Assembly (NCBI GenBank): GCA_050084515.1
Contig: CM114271.1
Span: 3,410,001 to 3,474,000 of the forward strand
Source of the DNA: Blasia pusilla
Taxonomy: Eukaryota
Reading direction: 5' to 3'
DNA length: 64,000 nt
Positions 12,041 through 25,700 of this stretch are shown piece by piece. The position numbers were made by a program, and so were the translations under genes. The notes beneath the pieces were generated by a model. That model ran no database searches and was not told the DNA's origin. It worked only from the letters and a program-made list of their open reading frames with translations. Every line of letters starts with the position of its first letter. Positions within the stretch are counted from its first letter, which is position 1.

Positions 12041-15000
12041 CCTTGTGGTCTTCTAGAGAATGGCCGAGAGAACCTTGTTAGGTGTTCACTAAACTTCACT
12101 CTGATTCTTATAACAAGTTTCAAAATATTCATTCAAGGTCGTAGTCGTGGAAATACAATCAGTGACTCTCACTCTTTAAACACGTACTACTAAAAAAAGA
12201 AAGGTACTATGATAGGCATTCACGAAAAAAAAAACCGTGGATCCGAAGTAGGTGGACACAAAGGGGGCTCATAAAATAAAATATGTGAATAAGGCACGAG
12301 AAGCTGGAGGGAGGAGGAGGGGCGGGGAATCCTCAAAGCAATAATCCCTCCAACCACACACTAAACAATCAAAAGCAACATGAAAATGAGGCTTTCTTTC
12401 AAATGTAGGTTTGCTCACACTATTAGAGAACATCAAAACAGGACATGCAATCGTAATAAAAGTGAAACACCTCTGCACATAAAATATTAGTTTCCTCGAA
12501 GAGTACATCAAGATTCCTGCCTGTCCAACGAAACTCTCTTCGATGCACTTGAACAAGTCAAATAATACAAAATCTACGTGCATCTCCAACCAAACCGTCA
12601 CAAGAGACAGAATGCGTCGAAGTGCTCAGAAGCATATTCACTTAATAGATCCATCGGTTGTATCCAAACAGTAAACGATAACGCTTGTATGAATGTGGAG
12701 AAGCTCAGTAATCATCGCACCTACGATAAGTGAGTTGTAATTTCTGGAAGCAAGATACGAAACACAAAAAAGATTTGACCCGTGCGTTACTGCTGTCACG
12801 ATTGTTTGGCGACCACTGTTCCTCGCGGCCCTCAGCACCACCGCTGACATGCTCATTAACGGCCAGTATTATTCGAACGACCATGTCTTACGAACATGGT
12901 CGAACATGACTTACGAACTCCGGAACTCCAACTGATCACGTGCACGTGGCGAACTACAGGCCACGGCAATGATAACCTGGTGAAAAGGCTAGTAAATGGG
13001 ATACGTAGCGTCTTGATCGTGACTCGTCAGTTTACTAGGCTTCTGACCTGGATCCAAATCATCGTCAGTGAATTCGTGTCGCGCCGACTCGCGCGAGTAG
13101 TTCTTAGATAAGGTTTGACCAGGATGCTAACTCTGATCAGTCATCAGTGACCGAATTTGGTAGGTAGGTCGTTTGTTCACGGAAACTCGCCCGAGAATGA
13201 TCGTGAGAGCAGATCTGACCAGCGCAAAAGGGAAGACTGCCAGCGCAGTACTTCATCGGTGTAGAAAATTCGTAGAACTAACCGGTAGTTGCCTTTCCGG
13301 AGTATACAGTTTTGAGAAGGAATCTATGCACGCCACATGGCGTGAAGAAAACGTGAGAGAGAGAGAAAGAAAGGAACTACGCGGAGTCCCTATCTTTGGT
13401 GGCGCGAAGACATGATCTCTTCTGCAGTCCTTGGCTTTGGCGCGAAGGCATGGTCTCTTGCGCAGTCACTTGCTTTGCTTTGAACCTTTAAACGCCAGGG
13501 AGCACCAGGAGGTGTGCCGAAAGTCGTCGCAGAATTCGATCATACTGTTCACAAGTCTCTCAGAGAGGACCATCTCACTTATGTTTCAAATTACGGTCCT
13601 CGTACTGCAGTGAAGGAAACCGAGTTACCTTAACTGCACAATGAATCCATGGATACAAAATCTTGCCACATCACTGGCAACCGCTTCCCTTGTCAACGTC
13701 TCGGACGGACTATTCCACCGTTTCTAATGCGGGAATTGAATGAGAAAAATCTTGGACATCGGAACGCACACCAAAAGGCCACGCAATCAATCAAACAACC
13801 CAGGGAATTCCCTAGCCTGCCTCACGAATTCCAATTTCCTTAACTTCACCTGTCCGAATCACGAAACAGGTTTCGTAAATTCCAATTTACCTCTTCCAGA
13901 AACCCCTGCATTATATGAACGCGATCCAATTGACATCTACGTTCGTTTCGCTGACGATGCGGTTGACAACAGCAAGCTCCGAGTCATTTTGGAATTCTTC
14001 GCCGTCGTCGTTCCAGAAAACTTCCCGAATCAGAATAGCACCTTTGAATCGGAATGACGATCCTGCAAATCGAAAAAACCGCTCCAGTTCAGAAATGCTT
14101 TCACGAGTTCTTTGGTGTCTCCCCTTCGCTTCCCGAGAAAAGTCCTCCTGTCTTACTTGCTTGTCTCGTAAGGACACATGGAAAATTTTCTTCCCCTTCC
14201 CCTCCTCCCCAACATAAAAACAATACGGTGAAAATAGACTTAAATTTGTATTTATAGGTCGATCTTTATTTCTTAACAGCTTCCTTTCTTCTTATGTATT
14301 AGTCAAACTAGGTCTCAATAATAAGGAAGGACTAAAAAACCAAGTGTCAACAATTAAAAAGGCAGGTGTTAAGATGTCAACACCCTTACCTCTAACCCCA
14401 TCATAATTATATAGATTATGCAATTCGTTTCTTCCATGTAACTCGTTCATGTTGTTAGTTCCGTTTCTCTTCATATGCATCCTTGTCTATATTCTCCCAG
14501 TTTTTCATTTGTTTATAGTATCCCATTTATTTTTTTATAAATAAAATAAAATACAAACCTGTCCACATAATCTCAAGTCGTTTAGTGGCATGCATCACCT
14601 ATTGGTTTTCATGGTAATTTCAATTAATTTTGAGAAGACCCATGTACATTGCTCGTGTCGCTTTTAGTGCTATTATAATACTCTTTACTTCTGCCCATAT
14701 TTTCCAACTTAAATCACTGGTTTTAAATTTTGCGCCTACAAATATATGCGGACATGTTCTATCAATTCGACTAGTTCCATCCATGCTTTCTTTATGGATA
14801 GAACCATGGGACGCGTCATAACTTTGACACGCCCTAATGCATTTATCCAAGATATATGCCCCACAACCAACAATTCTTTCTTATAGGGGGCAGCAATCTA
14901 GTACAGCTGTTTTCTTAAACTAGCCATTGTGGTACTAATACGATAAATTTGGAATTTGAAATCTGGAAGAAATTTTGGAAAAAAAACTGGGAATTTGGAC

Positions 15001-17945
15001 ATGATCTAAGAAAGGTTTTGAAGATAAAAATTGCTGGTGGGAGTATAGTGAACAACCCAAGAAAATTCATGGCCCCCCTCCGAATGCTCATTACATCGAT
15101 CTTTGTGTGCTCTCAAAGTCCACGAGCATGTGACTATTCATTTGGCGAGTCTTCTTGACCAATTCGCGTAAATGAATATGGGAGTGCGAGGGAAGTTTAT
15201 TTAGGGTTTGTGAGTTAACTACTTGACCGCCCCTTACTTGGAGCTTTGGAACACGATAATGGAAACTTTCATTTTGCTTGTGAAAACGTTCATTTTACCA
15301 CTCCTTTGGAAGGGAGGAGAAAAGCACTACCATGGTTTTCAATGGGAAAGGGATTGTTGGAAAGATCCTCAATTCAGTCTAGGAAATCTTTTTGGCTTGT
15401 GGGCAGTTTCTTGGTAGAAAATAAATGGGGCTGGTTTTTGTGTCATGGAACTATTTTTGGGCTTCCTGCTTGTTGCCTTGTGCAAATCAAAAGGCAACTA
15501 ATTTCTCAATACCAATAGTCTTAATTAAGAAGTGAACCCTTATTTTCGTCTTATAAATCATCCAGTATTTTCATATCCATCTAACGAATTCAAATTCTTC
15601 TGGATAGCTCTAGACTCGAAATAATTACTTTTTCTCAAAATTGGAACTACTTATTTATGTCCCCATGTGGTTCTAACGTAATTATGCACAACACTTAGCC
15701 ATCGAGTTTGAAGAGTTCATCATGGGTTTGGTTAGTCCACACCGACCCTACTTCCTTCTCTTAATTCCCCTTAGAGAATTCAGTTGGGGTAGGATCCAGT
15801 AAGAAGCTTGAATAACCCATCAACGTTTTAATACTAATTTCCATCGTAGTAGTGTTCACGTTCTTCACGATAGCATTGACTTGGCTTCATGCCAACTCAT
15901 TTGATTTGCGTTGGTATTAGGGCGTTGGTATTCAGGTAGATATTTTTTCACGTCTAAAAGTTTTAAGCCGGATATAAAATGTGGATATGAAAATTAAAAT
16001 GAATTTAGTTCCTTGGCGTAGTTTTAGGAAAATGGGCAGAACTATGTAGTTAAGCTAACCAAGATATCCTACTAATAGATATAATCTTAAATCTATGTAT
16101 TCCTCTTATTTTACTCCAAAAAATCATCAAAATATCATGATGGTGCATTTTAAAATGGATCAACTTAACTTTCCCCCTCCCAAGTTAAATTTTTTTATGA
16201 CTTCTCTTCAAATTTATGGTGACATTGTTGACTAATACTCGGAATAGAACTTGGAACATCGATGCCAAGAATTGTAATATTATATGAACAAGAAAGGTGG
16301 GCTTAAGGAAGCAAATTGTGCACCTCGTGCCCTCCATGGGATTAAGTTTGATCAATTATGTTTCATTGAAATTGAAAAAAAAAGTGTGGTTTTCTTGAAA
16401 AGATTTTCCTACGGCCCAAAGTAACGTAATTTTTATAAAAAAAAGCCTCGTTGCCCAAGTATCATGTATCAATCAAACGGGTGTTTGAAAATCAAGAAGG
16501 TGGTCTCCCATAATAGCATAGATTAGCACTTGACATGTTTAGTTCTAGAATTTTGACAAATGGACAAAGCCTAAGAATTCGTCATGTTATTTGCATTATA
16601 ACACATATTTAATTGAAAATATTCATTTTGAAATTTCACGTTAGATTTCTATTACAAAAAAAAGTATGAACTAAAAAAAATTAGGTTCGATTTGTTTCCC
16701 AACAAAAATTTCCAATTACATTTTTTATATGTGGAACTTCTCATTGGAAATATCCAGCCCAAAATAATTTTAGATTCTATTTTATTTTTTGGAAAAAAAA
16801 TTTGGGCATTATCAAAAGGAAACATTTTCATATCAAATTTTTGTGCTTGGAATTTACATGTCATAAATTTCTTCCTGAAAAAAAAATTAATTGTTAGAAT
16901 TTCATATTTATGGGTCTTCTCATGGTCGCTTTCCATCTCTATCCCTCATCTACAATTCACTGCACGAGCATTGGATTACTAATAATTCACCTAAAGACTC
17001 ACAAATTCCACAACTACATATTACTTCCACGAGGATGGATACCTTTTTTAAGGGATCAAAGGACCATAATACCATAGACTATACTTGAAAAATATGGTTC
17101 AAGATGCCACAAAGAATTGAGGAAGTTGGTAACACTCTCAATTTTAAAAAAATACGCATTGAGTATTTTTGTAAGTGGTTTCATTTTTATGGTCCTCTTA
17201 TTGCACAAAAAATCCCTATTGCCATCTTGACATGTGTAATGGAAGAAGGTTGCAACATCATTTTGAAATGTAGACCAAAAAATTAGATTACATTGATCTA
17301 CCAACCTAGTATCCACAAGAAATGCAAATTTTTCTGTGGTTGTGAGGAATTATAATCTTGCATACCATGCACCACAAATTTCTAGATTTACTAAATGCAT
17401 AGTCTAGTCCTAGCTGGAAAAATTGATGCCACCACTTCCTTGCGCGAGTTTGAGTATAATTTTTTGACTTCAGTTTGATCGTGTATGTCAATACCTCAAG
17501 TGTACTCCTAATACTAAAATAATATGGGGAACAAAAATCTATTTTTTTGGGGTATTGTCTTAATCCGTTATATAAGTGTTGGGAGCAAGGAGAGAGACTA
17601 AAGTCAAAACCAAGGATACCATATGATGATCGGATTATCCACACTTACTCTTGAAATAATATAATGCTCTATATTTATGGTCAATTTTCTGACATTCCTC
17701 CATAGTGGCAAGATTAGAGGATAATCTTATAGGCTATCGAACGTGGTTGGTGCAAACTATTCCAATATCAACCTAGTAAAAACTTGGAAGAAAAGTAGAT
17801 ATTAAAATTCTCCATTCTCACAGGTGATTTATATGATTTGACATAAAAGATACATAGAATCCCAAGGATAGTATTGATGATAGACATAGATATGTCATTT
17901 CGTTCTTGCCACAATACTCTTGTAGGTCCACGATATACGTGCTTG

Positions 17946-18329
17946 TGTTGGATTCTCAACATCCACTTCTCTATGCACCATTAATCTGATCGGCCCCCGT
18001 GTATGAGGAGAAGCCTAGATTAATGGTTTCGACTTAGTCGTTGAAGGAGTCATAGTAATATGACGTAGGTGGTTTATGGAGTAGCGTTACTATGATTATC
18101 TAATCCTATATTAAATTTTTATGTTTATAGAAATGAAGAAAAATAGGTTAAAACCCCTAGTTTCTCGAGTAGTGCAATAGTCGAGAGCCGCAGCGGTAGC
18201 GTATTCTCGTATGTCGAGTTATCTCCATGTTCATGTTCCATCGAAACTCTCCTCTGAGCGCACAGACGGACTAGGCCACTTTGTATCTCTAAGTTTTGCA
18301 GTGATTTTGTCACTTTCTGTTTTCTCACA
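17946..18329 (+). repeat. 5' LTR of copia element (384 bp)
   Basis: TG...CA termini, homologous to 22454-22717 and 32394-32844. Confidence 0.93.
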
Positions 18330-18341
18330 TGGTATCGGAGC
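18330..18341 (+). other. Primer-binding site, tRNA-iMet type (TGGTATCGGAGC)
   Basis: One mismatch to canonical TGGTATCAGAGC, immediately after the 5' LTR. Confidence 0.9.
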
Positions 18342-18401
18342 AGTTTGTTTTCCAGTATTTTATATCTGGTGATCTAGTGTGTTTGCACAAAATCTTGAGA
18401 G

Positions 18402-21400
18402 ATGGCTACTTCTTCGTCAGTTTGTGCTCGCCCTCCTCCGCTGGTTGAAGGGCAGTTAGATGGGTCTAACTATACATTGTGGAAGTTCAAACTTAGAACT
18501 GTCCTCGAATCATTTGAGATCTGGGAGACGGCCATAGGGGTCTATTCGAATCCACAAGCTACTTTGATTTCTGCATGTTCATCTTCATATGGTGATATCA
18601 ATCTTGTTGTATTACTGGCATAGAAACGCAAAAATATTGATGCTCTATATGCGATGGTCACGAATGTAACTGATCTGTCATGACTCTTATTCAACATACA
18701 ACCACTGTTGCTGAGGCGTGGAACATTCTGAAGAATCAGTATGAAACGAGGAATGAGACTCAGATTCAGAATCTTGAGAATCAGCGTGCGTCCGAGAAAT
18801 TTTCAAAAGGAGAAAGCATGGAGCAATTTTTGATAAGAATCAAGAATCTTCAAGATCAGATGGCGTGTGTAGGAATTTCAAAGTCTAACAAAGATTTGGC
18901 ATGTCAGTGCATAAGGATTTTGCCTCCAAGATATGACTGTTTGGTCACTGCATTGAATACTCAAGTAAGACCCACGCCGCTTACTTTTGAACAATTTAGT
19001 GCAATGTTGGTAGAAGAGGGAATGCGCTTCAAAGCAAGAGAGGGAAGTGATGCAGCATTTACTCCCAACGTAGAGTGAGGTAGAAATTAGGATTACAGTT
19101 CAAATGTCAAGAAGAAATTTCCAAGGAAAGCCTTCAAATGCTTTTATTGTGGTAAGCTAGGTCATCTTATCAAAGATTGTAGAAAGAGGAGTCAGGATGA
19201 GAAGAACTGATATTTAAGACCTAAGAAGGAGTCTGGAAATTCTGTAGAACTAGGAGAACATGAAGTAGATGCTTGGGTAGTAATCGAAGAGTTTTGCACA
19301 CAGGTAGAATATTTCACTAAGTCAAAGAGTGAAGATGTATGGGTGCTCGATAGTGGAGCATCTAGGCATATGACCAATCATAAGGATTGGTGTAGCTCCT
19401 TACATCCTCTACAGGAGCCCATCGTTGTTACTGTTGGGAATAATGCAAAGTGCATTGTAGAAGGGAAAGGCACAATTTCTTTGGTCTCACAAAAAGGAGA
19501 TGAAAAGAATTTAACTGATGTACTGTACGTACCAGAGTTGAAGCACAATTTGATTTCAGTAGCAATATTATGTGATCGTCACCTAGAAGTTCGTTTTAAG
19601 AAAATTGAAGCAGTCATTGAGGATGCCAATGGGAAAGTAGTGGGTGAAGATATACAATGTGGAAATATCTACGAGTTGTATGCTTTCACGATAAGTGTAG
19701 GTACAGATCTTAGTAGCAGTAAGTTGTGGCATGAAAGATTTGATCATCTAAGCTTTCCCTTACTAAGTTAGATGCAGAAGTTAGGCATGGTTGTTGATTT
19801 ACCAACAATTTTTTGAGTGTTAGATACATGTGAAGCTGGTGTGATGGGCAAGCAACACCGACAACGATTTCCACAAGAGTCCAGCAATAGAGCAAAGGCT
19901 CCTCTAGAGCTGATTCTTGCTGACCTCTGTGGTAAAATAAGAGCAGTGGCATTATGTGGTTCTTTCTACTTCTTTTTAGTTGTCGACGATTATAATAGGA
20001 AGATTTGGGTGTATTTCCTTTGTGATAAGGCAAGTGCTTTTGGAAAATTTAAAGTATGGCACAAGTTGGTTGAGAATGAGACAAGAAAGGAGATATAGAA
20101 GCTTCACACCAATCGTGGAGGAGAATTCTTATCAATAGAATTCAAAAAATATTTGGGGGAGCATGGAATCAAGCGACGGTTAACCACGACACATATACCA
20201 CAACAAAATGGAGTTGTTGAGCCTCAAAACCGTACAGTGGTGGAGATGGCAAGATGTATGATGAAAGCAAAAGGTTTAACAGAAGGATTTTGGGCTGCAG
20301 TTGTTTATACTACCGTTTACATTCTAAATAGAAGTGCTACCAAGTCAGTACAAGGCATGACTCCTCATCAATCATACTCAAGTAAGATACTATGAGTCCA
20401 ACATTTCAGGACTTTTGGTAGTGAGTGCTTTTGTACATATTCCTGAAGCATCTAGGACCAAGCTGGAGTCCAAGAGTAGGAAGTGCATCTTTATGGGATA
20501 TTGTGATGAGTCTAAATCTTATCATCTATGGTGTCCTAGGGTAAAGAAGATGCTTGTGGGTCGTGATGTGGTGTTCCAGGAACAACCTAGTCAAGTAGCG
20601 GATATCAGTGGTCCGTCCACATTATCATCAAACGAAGAGATAACCCACTAGAGCACACCACCAAAGTTAACACCAAATCATCAAGAAGAAGAATTTGGTG
20701 ATGATTACAAAGAGCAGTATGGTCTTCCACTACAATCATCATACCCTAAGTGGATAAAGAAGCTCTTGGATAGTAAGGATCCACCATCAACTGATGAAGT
20801 TGTTACACATCCAAGGAGATCCAAGAGACTAGAGGGGCAAAATAGAGCTTCCGCACATCTCGTCAACATGGCCTTGATGATAGAGGTCTTGAAGGTGGAA
20901 GAGCCATCATGCTTGAATGAGGCCCTTGCTCATTCTCAACGGAGAGAAGCCATGCAGTTGGAGATAGACGCTATTCAAAGAAATGAAATCTGGACTTTGG
21001 TTGAGAAGCCAAAGGACAGGAAGATAATACGCACCAAGTGGGTGTATAAGACCAAGTACAAGTCGGACGGTACATTGGATAAATTCAAAGCAAGATTGGT
21101 TACACAAGGATGCCTAAAAATCAAAGGTTTTGACTACTATGATACTTTTGCTCCTACTATAAGGATGACAACCATTCGAATTATTCTAGCAATTGCAGGA
21201 ACAAGACATTGGCCTCTATACCAATACGATGTGAAGTTTGACTTTCTGAACATGAGTCTCAAGGAGGAGGTGTATGTATCTCAACCACCAAGTTTTGAGA
21301 CACCCGGATCATAAGATAAAGTGTGTTTATTTCATCGAGCATTGTATGGGTTGAAGCAAGCCCCAAGGGTATGGTATCAACGAATAGATACATTCTTCCG

Positions 21401-22424
21401 AGAGAAAGGTCTCATCAAGAGTCCGTCAGAAGCAAATTTGTATGTATTTTGCGAAGATGGGATGTATACGTTGATAGTCTTGTAGGTGGATGATCTGATC
21501 ATCACATGAGACCACAGTAAGAAAATAGAGGAAATGAAGGGAGTGTTGAAATCTGAGTTTGAAATGTCAGATTTAGGTCTTTTGCACTACTTTATAGGGC
21601 TAAGGATTTGGCAATAGTCAGATTCTATTTTTCTCTCTCAACGTAAGTATGCTAGAGAAATCTTGAAGGCATTCGGGATGACCGAGTGTAAGGCAGTGGT
21701 CTCGCCAATGGAGGTAGAGTTGAAACTCTCGATAGAGGATGTTTCACCATTGGTAGATGAAATGTTGTCCAGAAAGCTTGTAGGCTGTTTGATATTTTTG
21801 TGTAACATTAGACTAGACATTAGCTTCCCTGTGGGAGTGTTGAGTAGGCTCTCAACTAAGCCTCGTGAGAACCATTGGAAGGCAAGGATGTGTGTGTTAA
21901 AGTACATCAAAGGCACTATCGAATACGGCATCACCTATGGAGCAGGGACGAAAATGACATCTTTTTGTGACTCGGATTGGGCAGGAGATTCTGATTCTCG
22001 AAGATCAGTTTCGGGTTATTGCTTCTTGGTAGGATCAGATGTGGTGTCATGGGTCAGCAAGAAGCAACCTACAGTGGCTCTTTCTTCTACCGAGGCAGAA
22101 TACAAGGCGGCTTGTTATGCTTCTTGTGAAGCAGTATGGTTGAGATGGATATTGGAGGACATAAGAGAAGCACCAAAAAGTGCTACTGTAATGCGGTGTG
22201 ACAATTAGAGTTGCATTGCCATAGCACATAATCATGTGTTTCATGCTGGTACGAAGCACATAGAGATCCAACATCATTTTGTTCATGAATTGATCGAGAG
22301 AGAGGTTTTGAAATTAGTCCATTGTCCAACAGAGGATAACCGTGCAGACATCTTTACGAAAGCTTTGAGCGGAGATAAGCTTCACCGACGTCTGAAGGGT
22401 CTTGGCATAGGTTCAAGACAGTAG
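18402..22424 (+). pseudogene. Copia gag-pol, disrupted by stops and frameshifts
   Basis: LDGSNYTLWK (gag); CFYCGKLGHLIKDC knuckle at 19139-19180; WVLDSGASRHMT protease; VDDYNRKIWVYFL and PQQNGVVE integrase; KWVYKTK...KARLV RT with YVDD mutated to stop-VDD at 21483; DSDWAG...SSTEAEY RNase H. Confidence 0.95.
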
Positions 22425-22453
22425 TCCACATGAGAGTGGATATTGAAGGGGGG

Positions 22454-22717
22454 TGTTGGATTCTCAACATCCACTTCTCTGAGCACCACCAAACATTTTC
22501 TATTAATAGAAACGAAGAAAAATAGGTTAAAAACCCTAGTTTCCCGAGTAGTGAAATAGTCGGGAGCCGCAGCAATAGTGTATTCTCGTATGTCGAATTA
22601 TCTCCATGTTCAGGTTCCATCGAAGCTCTCCTATGAGCGCACGGACGGACTAGGCCACTTTGTATCTCTAATTTTTGTAAAGATTTCAGTGATTTTGTCA
22701 CTTTTTGTTTCCTCACT
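22454..22717 (+). repeat. 3' LTR of copia element (264 bp, internally deleted), preceded by PPT GAAGGGGGG
   Basis: Homology to the 5' LTR; PPT at 22445-22453; terminal CA mutated to CT. Confidence 0.93.
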
Positions 22718-25700
22718 GCTAGTTGCGAAACAAGGCACAAAATCCTTCCTGTGGTAGTTTATGGATTTCAACAAGTTATATTATTGGATTTTCATATCAT
22801 CGAATATCAACAAATATTGGAAAGTCCTCCTTGAATGTTTTCTTCAACGACTCAAAAACAAATTCCTACATGTGGAAATTTAGTTATACAATGGACTACC
22901 TTGGTCCACATATATTTTGGTGTTGTTCACCAAAGGAGATTTGACTTGGATTTTCTCCTATAATTTTCCCACTATAATGAGAACGTTGTAATATTAATAA
23001 GTAATAATTCATAATTATGGAAGGACGACTACCTTGGATTGGATATCATCCATAAGTAACAGATATAAACACTCAATAAACATAGATAGAAGGCTTAGTA
23101 AATTATCAAAAACTAAACTAGTGTTATATAAAATAATTATATGAATTTTGTATTCAAAAAAGAGTTTATATTTTTCTTTTAAGTAGGAAATCTATAAACA
23201 TGTTTAAATTTGATGCTTTAAGGAAACTATTGGTTTATGAGATGTTTTTTTTATTTTGTCTTTCAAATGACCTCTCTTAGTGCCACGTTATACAATTACG
23301 AAATCTACATTATTATTGCAGGATCCCTCCTGGATTTTCAAACTCCTCTCATCTGAACACCTAACCCCATCAACCAATAGAATCACTTGAAATTGATTTT
23401 ATAGGTTAAATCTTTTATTTACAATAGAAATTACCTATCATTTTTAATGATGGGTAATTACTATTATGACTAGTAGGTACCCAATAATGATATTACTCAA
23501 GAAATATGGAAAGGATGATGTGTCCTTAAGGAAATATATTCTAATAAAAATACTAATGATAGAGTTGACAAATATATATTTATACTCTTAATTGAGGAAA
23601 GGAAGGAAATGGGGGTTGTCCTAATGTGAGGAGAATCCCTTCTAAAAATGAAACTATTTTAAAAGGGGAATATGAGTTGTCATCTATATTCTTAAGGGAG
23701 GATGGCTTCTTGATTTCCAAACACATGTATGATTGACCAATGGCAATGGGGCAACGAGAAAATATTTTAATGATACGGAAAGCAACTAGTTTGATTTTTT
23801 TGGGTAGCATGATTACTTGTCAAGAGCATAACACAGGATGAACACATGTATTATTTGTCATGGAAAGGAATTAATATGAGTCACCAAACAATATGTTGGT
23901 ATATATGTAAATGGAAAATATATTCATTTTATATTTAAAATATTTGTATTATCTGATTTAAAAAATATTAAGAAAAACTAAATTTTCATGATGGAATCAT
24001 GATGTATTTTACTTTTATGAATTTATAATTATTTTAAAATTAAAAAAATATTTTAGATTATCCACCCTACTAATAATATTATTAGGCGCCACTACACTAT
24101 ATAAGTATATTGATTTTTGACTGAAGAGAGTAAATCAATGTCACATCAAAGATATCCCACTTAATTAAGAAAATTGGGAAAAAATGAAAATTTATGCCAC
24201 ACTTAACTAACTATGAATATAATTGAATGAAAAAATAGTTGGGAAAGATAAAAATTGATAAATCATAGTAATATGGTTCTAAATAGTCTAAATAAAAAAA
24301 CCCAAAATAGCTAGTTATAAGTTCATATTATTACACTTGCATAACTATATAATTATCCAACTCCTTTGACTAGATAAGAAAGAACATCTTATCCAAATAA
24401 TGATGAAATACATGAAAATGAGTCTCAATTGGATGTAAAATGCTTCCATTCATTATTACTAGTACTTTATATTCTTCTTTTGTCTGCATAGAAAATAATT
24501 AGAATAGAAAATAGGATATCATAATTCTCTCAACAAATCCAATTTGAACACACTCATGAAGGAATACTTCATAGACTTCCAAGTGATATCCTAGTAGTCC
24601 ACTCAATCCGGCCCAACCATAACTCGTCCCAATACAATTTACTATAATCTTGAAAATAATACATTATCATCTAGAGTGACATGATGCATCATCTCATAAG
24701 ATTATGAGATCATATCAAACTTTAGAGTTTAGATATTACGACTATTTTATCGAATTGTTAATCTAATGATGGACACATACAGGTTGGACAATAATGGAGT
24801 GGATGTGCCAACTTACACTAGTCTTCTCTTGGGATTATATCAAGTGGAAAAAAATGATTAGAAGGTTTTTTCTTAAAGGGATACTGACTCATGCTTGCTT
24901 CCATAACATTTATTAATATCCATCATATATTGGTCATCCCAAGTATTTCTTCCAAGCCTACAATTTTGGATAGACATATTCTTCAATTATGTATCCAACA
25001 TAGAATTTGGTGGATTTTAGTTTTGACGGACTTAGATCTATTTTCTTAACAGGATCATCATGATCTATGATCTACTTCAAAATTTTCCTTCCAAATAAGT
25101 ACTTTTGGATGAATATGTACGTCTAAATATTATCATTTCTCAAATTAGGAAAGACAACAAACTTCGATTCGATAGGACACAAATCCATTTGGATCTCTCA
25201 ATCGTAGAGTACTCATCAAGTCGTCTTTTTCTTTATTAAAATATCCGTATTTAGGGTTATTGTGTGCACCCATCTTGGATTGATAGAGTTTGGAAATATT
25301 TTAGTCATGACAAATACTCATTTAAGGATGTATAGATAAATTGGGGGCAATCATTGGTAACAAGGAGATTTCATGATCCACCATAATTTGGGGATTCTTT
25401 TCTTGTTACACTATGATTAGGATAATAAATTTTCTCTGGAAAATATGGTCATGTATTATTTATACTCCAAAGCATTCTAGGGATTTCCTATAAATCTATA
25501 TTTCTTTTTTTTCTCCAGATTTTACACAATTTTTAGTGGTATTATTTTTAAAGCCATCCTACTTAATCCGGATAATCCCTTTAATATACCATCTAAATTT
25601 AGATTGGTTCTTTTCCAAACCATGATAGATATCTTTGGACATGTCATTTTTTAGTAGTACCCACTAAAATTAGGCCTTTGAAAAGGTATTCATTATGGCC

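Larger units (their letters stand above)
17946..22717 (+). mobile_element. Full-length degenerate Ty1/copia LTR retrotransposon
   Basis: Two LTRs starting TGTTGGATTCTCAACATCC; PBS; PPT; gag-PR-IN-RT-RNaseH order; TSD GCTTG/GCTAG (4 of 5 match). Confidence 0.97.
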